Below the pieces are notes generated by a model that worked only from the letters and a program-made list of their open reading frames with translations, was not told the DNA's origin and ran no database searches. Positions 18,878-26,454 of a stretch of DNA of 64,000 bases are shown here, piece by piece (positions within the stretch are counted from its first letter, which is position 1; each line of letters starts with the position of its first letter). This stretch comes from a virus (taxonomy: Duplodnaviria; Caudoviricetes). Position numbers and translations under genes: made by a program. The stretch covers positions 11,819 through 75,818 of IMG/VR virus record IMGVR_UViG_2690315917_000002; one strand, given 5' to 3'.

Positions 18878-19267
18878 ATGGAAGAGAACACAGGTACAGC
18901 TACTTTCACCGTCACGAGTGCGGAAAACCGTCTTCAGCACGTCAAGGCCCATGGGCATCGCACTGAGTATGTTTCGGGCGCTTTCGCGGCCGACGTAGGC
19001 GGTGGTCCCACTCAGGTCGTGCTATTTCGCGACGTGGTCCCAGATGTAGTTGAAGTCATTAATGTGAAGAAGGACGCCGACGGCAAGCCCGTTTCCATGG
19101 CAACTCGGTCCATCGAACTGCCGGGGGGCCCCAGGCGTGAAGACGTGGTGACGCTCATCTTGACCGATGAGGCACTCAGAAATGTTCACAACGTGCTGGC
19201 ACAGCATTTGGAACGAGTGAATAATCGGAAAGGGGTGCAGGCCGCACCAAAATCCGGTCAGGAGTGA
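18878..19267 (+). CDS. Hypothetical protein (possibly DUF3467-like)
   Basis: 129-aa ORF with RBS; beta-strands plus C-terminal helix. Confidence 0.55.
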   Translation: MEENTGTATFTVTSAENRLQHVKAHGHRTEYVSGAFAADVGGGPTQVVLFRDVVPDVVEVINVKKDADGKPVSMATRSIELPGGPRREDVVTLILTDEALRNVHNVLAQHLERVNNRKGVQAAPKSGQE

Positions 19268-19270
19268 CGG

Positions 19271-20323
19271 ATGGGGCCGACCGAGTTGCAAGTGCGGTTG
19301 AGCATCCAGCCTTCAACCACAATAACGGCGCCTCCTGAGACACTACTGTTCGTCAGTCAGGTCATCGAAACTTTGGCAAATCCCAAAGAGACCATTGGCA
19401 GTAGCGTGGTGATCTCACCCATTGATGAGATGACGGGTGACACGCTTCTCACTACGACCGTGAGTTCTCAGCTGTTGGACGTGGACCACCCAAACCTGCC
19501 TGAAGTGAAGTGCGCTTCGTCTTCAGAAGACGGGCAAGAGTCGTGCGTTGTCCACGAACCTACAATGGGTGAGGAGGAACCGGACGTTGCCTCCGCTCGT
19601 AGAATGGACGATACGGAGCGACGCTCTGATCCCGATCCAGCAATGAACAAGGGCAAGCCACCCATTGACTCTGCCGAACAAGGTCCCAATGATGGGAGCA
19701 TGAGCACTCCTTCCCGCGATGAACTTGAGCTGCGATTCCAGCTTCTGGATGAGCGACTGGAGAACAGCTTTAGTCGCTCGAATGAGCGAATCGCAAGTCT
19801 CCTAGATTCTCAGCAGCGTTTACAGGAACGGCTGGAGCGACAAGTTGAATCTATGGCAAGCTTGAACGCTACCGCACGCATTGAATTTGCCAAAGATCTT
19901 AAATTCGCCGAGAAGGAAATAGCGGAAAAAAACGCCAACGCACGGATTGAATTTGCAAAAGAGCTTAAAGACGCAGAGAGAAATATCGCCGACAGGCTCC
20001 AAGCGTCAAACTCGAATACTGTCGATCAAATTAAAGCCGAAAACAAGTCACTAAAATCGACAATCATCGTGACGGCGATAGGGACCGTGTTGACGATTGT
20101 AATCGGAGTTGGAGCATTCAACGCAACTGTTTTGTCAAACATGGTTGCTAGCTTCGACTCGGGCAAGAGCGTCGCGGAAGACCTGTCAAAAAGCTCTAAC
20201 GATCTGAAGGATGCAACCAAACGGCAAGAAGAGATTGGGAACGCACTTCGGGAAGCAGCGGAAACCCGGGATAGACAGCCTCAACCCAGCACCCCCAAAG
20301 CTGCGCAGCCGGCAAAACGCTAG
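19271..20323 (+). CDS. Coiled-coil membrane protein (true start may be about 19700)
   Basis: Coiled coil with a 22-aa tandem repeat and one TM segment (IIVTAIGTVLTIVIGVGAF). Confidence 0.6.
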   Translation: MGPTELQVRLSIQPSTTITAPPETLLFVSQVIETLANPKETIGSSVVISPIDEMTGDTLLTTTVSSQLLDVDHPNLPEVKCASSSEDGQESCVVHEPTMGEEEPDVASARRMDDTERRSDPDPAMNKGKPPIDSAEQGPNDGSMSTPSRDELELRFQLLDERLENSFSRSNERIASLLDSQQRLQERLERQVESMASLNATARIEFAKDLKFAEKEIAEKNANARIEFAKELKDAERNIADRLQASNSNTVDQIKAENKSLKSTIIVTAIGTVLTIVIGVGAFNATVLSNMVASFDSGKSVAEDLSKSSNDLKDATKRQEEIGNALREAAETRDRQPQPSTPKAAQPAKR

Positions 20324-20406
20324 TTCGGTAGCTGCAATTGAGCTTTAGGAAAATTGAGCGAAGAGATTGGGGCCGCCGATAGCGGCCCCAATCATGTGCG
20401 ATGGCT

Positions 20407-20832
20407 TTAGTCCTCCAACACAGCAAGAACGTTCTCTTTCCATTTCAGCTGCTGGACATCCGTACCGGCCAGCTGCTTCTTGTGGACCTGCAGCAGCACT
20501 GCGAAAGGTTTGCCGGCCTCAGTCGGACACCACTGCCCATCCTGCTTAGCCTGCAATCCCCTATCTGCCAGCAGGCGATTGAACTTCTGCGGAGAGAGGC
20601 CCAGACGCTTGCCCAGGTCAGTTGGGGTGAAGAAGCACACGCCGTCAACGTGCACCGCCACCGGACCTGGCAGTAACAACCCAATGGGCGCAGCCCCATT
20701 GGCGGCCACCAGAAGCTGATCCACGGGAACTCCGAGGGCTTTGCTCAGGTGGAACAGTGACGTCTTCTCCAATTTCCACAATTCGGAAATTAACGAATCG
20801 CCTTCAAACTCTTGTTTTTGTTGCATTTTCAT
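20407..20832 (-). CDS. Antirepressor C-terminal (KilAC-like) domain protein
   Basis: TPTDLGKRLGLSPQKFNRLLADRGLQ...W.PTEAGK...QLKW. Confidence 0.7.
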   Translation of the reverse strand: MKMQQKQEFEGDSLISELWKLEKTSLFHLSKALGVPVDQLLVAANGAAPIGLLLPGPVAVHVDGVCFFTPTDLGKRLGLSPQKFNRLLADRGLQAKQDGQWCPTEAGKPFAVLLQVHKKQLAGTDVQQLKWKENVLAVLED

Positions 20833-20900
20833 GCCTCGTTAGACGGAAGCATGAACCACCAAGGCGTTGACGTGTATGCGGATATGCATAAGATCAACAT

Positions 20901-21067
20901 TAGGCCTTCCTCACTGCCGAGAAGTTGGCAGCGAACTCAGCCTGAAGTTCTTACCGACGGCTAATCGGTAATCGCTTCACTTGGCGGCCATGCCGCCGGT
21001 ACTTCGTTAAGGTTTGCGCAACCCTGAGGCTACCCGTCGAAAGATGGCCTCGGGGTTTTGCGTTTTT
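20901..21067 (+). ncRNA. Candidate structured small RNA
   Basis: TTGACG-16bp-TAAGAT promoter-like sequence, consecutive hairpins, terminator hairpin with T-run. Confidence 0.45.
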
Positions 21068-21398
21068 GCGGCCAGGGACTAGGCGAAATAGATCATGGAC
21101 CTGCTCCCAGGCAGCCACTTGAAGATAGTGGGGGTCGTTGGGTCCGTCAACGCTAAATGTAGTGAAATTTGGCAATCCCTTGTGCCGCAATCCGATAGGT
21201 TGCGACTAGGTTAACTGCCAATTCTCAACAGCTGCGACTGGCTGCGCAGTCAAGCCCGAAAACTGTCATTTCGGCGGGGCAGCACTCTCCGACGGGACGT
21301 GGGCTCAGGCCCCGGGGGTTTGCCGCAGGACCAGGCTGTGGATTTCCTATAGATACGAGCGTACCGCGATGCCGAGAGACCAGGTCGACGCCTACGCG

Positions 21399-21618
21399 CT
21401 ATGCAACCAGCTTGTGCTCATAGAACGGGTGCCGCTTGTCGACGAAGATCCTGTAGAGCGCAGCCAGGTTGGCCGGATCCTGATTGAGCCAGGCATCCAC
21501 GTGCTCGGGCTTGATGCTGATGATGGTCGGGTCGTGGCTGGCGGCGGCCACCTCGGGCTCGGGGTCGTCGGTGACGGCAGCGAACGACAGCAGATCCGGC
21601 TCCTTGCCGGTCGGATCC
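21399..21618 (-). pseudogene. Duplicated 3' fragment of the SRAP gene
   Basis: Closely similar to 23699-23918 at a 2300-bp offset; lacks the 5' part. Confidence 0.9.
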
Positions 21619-21625
21619 GGAGGAC

Positions 21626-22240
21626 CTAGATCGGTCCTAGGTCCTGAACTACCGCCTGCCCCTCGCGCAGTACTGCGGCCAAGAGGCGGCCACCTGCCAC
21701 CTGCCTCCCTACCTGTTTGTTGAGCCAAGCCGCTTGGATCCGGCCCGCAGCGAGTACGTCTTCGGGGGCAAGACTGTCTGGCCTTCCAACCAAAGGCTCC
21801 CCAGGAGAGGCCAATCCTCCATCTAAGGACTGGACGACGGAGGGCCGGGAACTGTCGCTCTTGGCATACGCAGTGGCCATCATCCGCCCGTTCTTTGGCG
21901 ACCATCCACCCAGCACCAGCTCGGTCCCGAGCTGCTCACGCGGTAGGCCGGCTTCGGCTGCCGCTTTCTCGTAGTCTGGCCATAGCTGGTCCAAGACCAA
22001 CCCCAGCTCGGCAGATAGCTGCTCTATTGTGAAATCTGCACGGAAGCTGGCCTGCAGTGCCAATTCGTATATGCGAAGGAAGAACTGAGTGGAACCGCGA
22101 GTGGCCAGTACCAGGTTGTGCTGAGGGATCAGCAGCAGCTTCGCCCCCGCGGAATGCGCCCCTGTCCGGGCATCCTCTGCCAGAGTGTCTACCGCGACGA
22201 CCAAGTGGTCGCGAGTGAGCAGAACGTTGAGGATGCTCAT
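21626..22240 (-). CDS. Proteasome-beta/HslV-like Ntn-fold protein
   Basis: After Met removal: Ser1, Asp17, Lys33, Gly48; LVLGGW and C-terminal AGG motifs. Confidence 0.55.
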   Translation of the reverse strand: MSILNVLLTRDHLVVAVDTLAEDARTGAHSAGAKLLLIPQHNLVLATRGSTQFFLRIYELALQASFRADFTIEQLSAELGLVLDQLWPDYEKAAAEAGLPREQLGTELVLGGWSPKNGRMMATAYAKSDSSRPSVVQSLDGGLASPGEPLVGRPDSLAPEDVLAAGRIQAAWLNKQVGRQVAGGRLLAAVLREGQAVVQDLGPI

Positions 22241-22302
22241 AGCGGACTCGTCCAGAGGTCCGCAGACTATCGCCTTCCCCGCCCCAGCCTGTCGAGACCG
22301 CC

Positions 22303-22572
22303 ATGACCACCGAAATCACGGAAATCCTCGATCGCCTCCACTCCTGCGAGGCTGCCATCGAGGTCCATCGCGGTTACCTGAAAGCCATGGAATACGCGCT
22401 GCGGGTGTCTGTACTGACCCACCCCGCGCCGGAGCAATTGACCGAAACGTGGATGCAGCTGCTGCCAGGCATCGCAGCGAAGCATAGAGGCGACGGAGGC
22501 GAGCTCTTCGCTGCCGCCTTCGAGCAGTCACTGAGACTTCTCACCGAGCAAATCGGCGACGCTCGCCCCTAA
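22303..22572 (+). CDS. Hypothetical protein
   Basis: 89-aa helical ORF with GAG RBS, divergent from previous gene. Confidence 0.6.
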   Translation: MTTEITEILDRLHSCEAAIEVHRGYLKAMEYALRVSVLTHPAPEQLTETWMQLLPGIAAKHRGDGGELFAAAFEQSLRLLTEQIGDARP

Positions 22573-22733
22573 TCGTCACTTGGCTAGTGCCGGCGCGGCG
22601 CAGCTCACGCGCCCCCGGGTTGAGCGGCCATTGGCCCCGGATCCGGCAGGGCCAGCATACCCATCTGGCGAGACCGGCGCCATCCTGAGAACCGACGCTG
22701 TCGTACCAGATCACAGACCTGCGCGCGGGGGTA

Positions 22734-23159
22734 TCAGCTATTGGCCTGGGGAGTGACGATCTCCGCAAGCTGGACCATAGCGCTTCCGATGGCACCTGCA
22801 CTTGCCTCGTAACGGCGCAGCCCATCCCAGTCCCGGCTTAGGAGATCCCTGAGGTCGGCAGACACAACGGGAACAAGTCGCATTACCCAATAAGGAAAGC
22901 GCCGAATGGACGCACGACCACGGCCAAGCTCTACAATCTCTCTGTGGCTGGTTGCCGCGAGAATTCGACCGTAGACAACTTCTACCCCGTCCTCCGGGCC
23001 CTCGATGTACTGTACGAAGCGGTAGCCATCATGCAGCAGAACGCCAGTCACGCCCGCCTCAACATTGAAGCGCGCAGCATCTCGCGTCAGGCTTTCTACC
23101 CGTTCTGCGGATACACCACTGCTCACCTCACTGGCGTACGCGATTGATAGGAGCGGCAC
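22734..23159 (-). CDS. BLUF domain blue-light sensor protein
   Basis: AYAS...FN...GVTGVL...FVQYIEG...RRF..W.M; start reset to GTG 23159. Confidence 0.9.
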   Translation of the reverse strand: MPLLSIAYASEVSSGVSAERVESLTRDAARFNVEAGVTGVLLHDGYRFVQYIEGPEDGVEVVYGRILAATSHREIVELGRGRASIRRFPYWVMRLVPVVSADLRDLLSRDWDGLRRYEASAGAIGSAMVQLAEIVTPQANS

Positions 23160-23270
23160 CGGAATTTCCCCGTTCGCAGGAAATTCCCTGCACGTCAGGA
23201 TGACAGGTTTAGGGCAGGCCGGGCGGAAGGGCGACGTTGAAATCGCCAGCTGACTGATCGTGCAAATTTC

Positions 23271-23681
23271 GTGCTCTGGGTCGCACCGGAAAAACGAGTC
23301 CATTTGTTAGCTAAAGCCGAGCACGTTTCGGTCAGTTCCTCACACGCAATTTCCATGAATTATTCACCATGGGCACCATCCCGCCCGAGCGACCCGCTGA
23401 TGACCAGTACTGGACAGTTCCTCATCATGCGAGTGTCTATCTCCACCCCAGAACAGAAACCCTTGGCCGTGACGGTTCGGTGCGCCGCTTGCGACCATGT
23501 CACCGCCGCCCATGGGGCCCAGCTCACACGGTCCCTTGATGGCGTCATCCTTATCTGCGCTAACTGCCTGCAGCATCAGGCAGTTGCCAACGACGTTTTG
23601 CGGCAGGTCGGCGCCATGCAACTTGCGCGCTGGCCAGATCCGACGCGTCCGGTCGCCATCTCGGAAGTGGGCGGCGTATAG
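23271..23681 (+). CDS. Hypothetical zinc-ribbon protein (start uncertain)
   Basis: CAAC...CANC pair. Confidence 0.4.
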   Translation: MLWVAPEKRVHLLAKAEHVSVSSSHAISMNYSPWAPSRPSDPLMTSTGQFLIMRVSISTPEQKPLAVTVRCAACDHVTAAHGAQLTRSLDGVILICANCLQHQAVANDVLRQVGAMQLARWPDPTRPVAISEVGGV

Positions 23682-23698
23682 GCCCCCCAAGATTTGCC

Positions 23699-24631
23699 CT
23701 ACGCAGCTATTCGGTGCTCGTAGAACGGGTGCCGCTTGTCGTCGAAGATCCTGTAGAGCGCGGCCAGGTTGGCCGAATCCGGATTGAGCCAGGCATCCAC
23801 GTGCTCTGGCTTGATGTTGATGATGGTCCGGTCATGGCCGGCGGCGGCCACCTCGGGCTCGGGGTCGTCGGTGATGGCAGCGAACGACAGCAGATCCGGC
23901 TCTTTGCCGGCCGGGTCCCTCCAGTGCGACCACAGGCACGCCACGAGCATCGGCTCGCCCGTGCGCGGGGTGAACTGCACCACCTGGCTCTTCCCGTCCG
24001 GGCCCTCGACGTTCTCATAGAAGGTGTCGACCACCATCAGGCCGTGGGTGTGGCCGAATGCCGGCGCCCAGAACTTCTCCAGGCTGTCGCGACGGGCATT
24101 GTAGGTGCCGGGGAAGCGCTGGTCGTAGTTGGCCGGCTTCCCGGCCAGGCGGCACTGGTAGCGCATCGGCTTGATGACCAACTTCCCGCCATCGGAGACG
24201 ATCACCGGGGCGTAGACGCCGGGGAATATGCGGCTGTCGCGGTCCTTCGGCTCGACGCGCTGCAGATCCGCCAGCCGCGCCTTGGCCCGCTCGATCTTGT
24301 TGCCGGCAATCCGCACGTCCTCGCGGGCCTTCTTCGTCTCCTTCACCTGCAGCGCGCGCTCAGCGTCGGCCAGCCGCTTGCGGTTGGCAAACAGCTCCTG
24401 CTCCAGGATGGTGGCCTCGGCCCTGTTCCATTGCTCGACCTCGGCCCACACCGCAAGCTCCGCCGGGCTCGCGCCGGCCCGGAAGGCGTCATCCATGGCC
24501 TTCGGCGTCTTGGGCCGCTTCTTGCCCGGGTCGTGCGCGTAGAGCGCGGCGAACTCCTGCAGCGACAGGGTGGCGCCGGTCATCCTGACCAGCTTCTGAT
24601 AGGCGGCGGTGATCTGGGCGGAATAGCACAT
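23699..24631 (-). CDS. SOS response-associated peptidase (SRAP/HMCES family)
   Basis: N-terminal MC, YNAR, FYE, GHDR. Confidence 0.9.
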   Translation of the reverse strand: MCYSAQITAAYQKLVRMTGATLSLQEFAALYAHDPGKKRPKTPKAMDDAFRAGASPAELAVWAEVEQWNRAEATILEQELFANRKRLADAERALQVKETKKAREDVRIAGNKIERAKARLADLQRVEPKDRDSRIFPGVYAPVIVSDGGKLVIKPMRYQCRLAGKPANYDQRFPGTYNARRDSLEKFWAPAFGHTHGLMVVDTFYENVEGPDGKSQVVQFTPRTGEPMLVACLWSHWRDPAGKEPDLLSFAAITDDPEPEVAAAGHDRTIINIKPEHVDAWLNPDSANLAALYRIFDDKRHPFYEHRIAA

Positions 24632-24673
24632 GGCTGCCATCTCGCCGCATGCGCCGTTGCCGCCGCGTGAGGA

Positions 24674-25141
24674 TCAAGTCACGGGCTGCGGTGCCAATCC
24701 ATCCAGCGGCAACTCCGCCTTCTCCGGCCAGGCGAACGTCTCCGGCTGCGGCAACAGCGCGCGCACCTGCTCCCAGGTCTCGATGCCATCAGGCGGCGCC
24801 AGCACCAGCTGCTCCAGCGCCTGGTTCACGGAATCGCGCCATGCAACCATCGCCCGCGCCTCCGCGCGGTATCGGGCCACGCCGCTGTTGTAGTAGCTCG
24901 CGCACGACTCGATGCTGTCGTAGCCACGCTCAACCGCTTCGGCGCGCATCCACGCGAACGCCTGGTCGCGGATGTAGCGGTAGTGCGCGGGAGTGTGCAG
25001 CTCAAAGCCCAGGCCGGGCAGTGCCGGGAGAGGCGTGTTCTGCTCCAGCCATTCCGTCGGCCACAGGTAGTGACCGCGCGGAATGAAGGCGCCGGTCTCG
25101 ACACAGCGAATGATGTCGGGATTTCCGGTGAGTTGGTACAT
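24674..25141 (-). CDS. Tail fibre-associated protein
   Basis: Follows tail fibre; A.ERGYDSI.SC.SY...EA....AWRD.V motif. Confidence 0.6.
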   Translation of the reverse strand: MYQLTGNPDIIRCVETGAFIPRGHYLWPTEWLEQNTPLPALPGLGFELHTPAHYRYIRDQAFAWMRAEAVERGYDSIESCASYYNSGVARYRAEARAMVAWRDSVNQALEQLVLAPPDGIETWEQVRALLPQPETFAWPEKAELPLDGLAPQPVT

Positions 25142-25143
25142 GA

Positions 25144-26385
25144 TTAGAGCCTCGCGTCTGCTGTCCACTGGAATCGGGCGACGTTGTTAGGCGTACCCGT
25201 ACCGTTTGCCACGTATGCCTCAAACGACATCGCGCCGATGGCGTCGAGCAGGGCCGGATGGTTTATCCGGTGCTGCCCGCTAACGTCGTTCTCCGACATC
25301 TGGCCCGCAGCGCCATCTTGGGTGTTGTAAACGATGATGGCGGGAGAGGTGCGCTTCCTCTGACTGAACCGCACCACCGGGGCGCTCAGGAGATACCCGG
25401 TTTGCAGTCCTGCCGCGTGGCCGCCCACCCGCGTAGCAGTGCCCGGGGCAGTGCCGAGGTTGTAGCTCTTTTCGAAATAGCGCTGACACTGCACCAAAAC
25501 ATCGGACTCCCGCTGCGGGCGATACGCCGTAGCGGCAGTGCCCGCTTCCATTTTTACGTTAGTCAGCCACATAGCGAACGCTTCGATGCCAGCACCGGGT
25601 GCGCCAGCCGCCGAACCACTAGCCAGCCAAATGTTCAACGAAATGTGACTGTTAGGTCCGTGGGTGTAGGTTTTAGAAACAGCAGGCATTTGCTTTGTCA
25701 CTTGCACATACTGCCACCCAGGCTGCAATTGGATTAGCGTCGGCGGAACCACGGTAACATGTGCACCATCATCGTAGTTCTGCCAATGGCCAACGCCAAT
25801 TTTTGTTGCCTTGTCAGCCCATACCACCATGCTGGTAGTGATAGAACTATCGCTGAGTTTGTGTACACCTTCAACAAGCTGCTGGATAAGGGCAAAAGCA
25901 TCGTTGCCTGTCCCGCCAACACTAACTTCGATATACATGGCGTTCTTTGGCCGCACACTTTCGACTGCGGCAGGCAGACCGATGTTGAACATGTTGCGCC
26001 GTTCCACGAACAGCTGCTTACCACCACCGGCCCACGCGATCCACTGGTCGGCAGTGTAACGGCGAGACTCTGCCCAAGTGAAAGTATCACCGAGTTGCCA
26101 CACGTCCATCTGACCGTTGATTAGGTAGTTGTCACCTGGGATGCGTGCACTGGCTGCGGCAATCGATTGGGACAGTGCTGAGTCCGCAGCTGCGCGAATC
26201 GTGGACTCAGCCTCAACGTGCTGCCCGCGGTCGGCGGCCTCCTGATCGATGCGGGCACCCAACGCCGTCAGGCGCTGCTCAGTGTCCTGGAAGTTCTCGT
26301 TGCAGGTCGCGAACGCGGTGAACGCGTCGTCGCCGGGGCGGCCGTCCGGCTGGATGGTGGTTTGATCGATGAGTTTCTGCGGCAT
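25144..26385 (-). CDS. Tail fibre / receptor-binding protein
   Basis: GDDAFTAF..CNENF anchor, NYLING.MDVWQ, CQRYFEKSY; downstream of gpJ. Confidence 0.75.
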   Translation of the reverse strand: MPQKLIDQTTIQPDGRPGDDAFTAFATCNENFQDTEQRLTALGARIDQEAADRGQHVEAESTIRAAADSALSQSIAAASARIPGDNYLINGQMDVWQLGDTFTWAESRRYTADQWIAWAGGGKQLFVERRNMFNIGLPAAVESVRPKNAMYIEVSVGGTGNDAFALIQQLVEGVHKLSDSSITTSMVVWADKATKIGVGHWQNYDDGAHVTVVPPTLIQLQPGWQYVQVTKQMPAVSKTYTHGPNSHISLNIWLASGSAAGAPGAGIEAFAMWLTNVKMEAGTAATAYRPQRESDVLVQCQRYFEKSYNLGTAPGTATRVGGHAAGLQTGYLLSAPVVRFSQRKRTSPAIIVYNTQDGAAGQMSENDVSGQHRINHPALLDAIGAMSFEAYVANGTGTPNNVARFQWTADARL

Positions 26386-26454
26386 GTGTGTTCTCTGCTG
26401 TTGATCGCCCACGGCAAAGCGGGCCGGACATGCCGGCCCGCGCCCTGTGCGGTT

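Noticed and set aside
21399-21905. 168-aa ORF as a second SRAP
   Set aside because: Chimera of an alternative frame and the duplicated 3' fragment; lacks the N-terminal Cys
25144-26385. Diversity-generating retroelement or tail-fibre shufflon
   Set aside because: No reverse transcriptase, template repeat, invertase or inverted crossover sites seen
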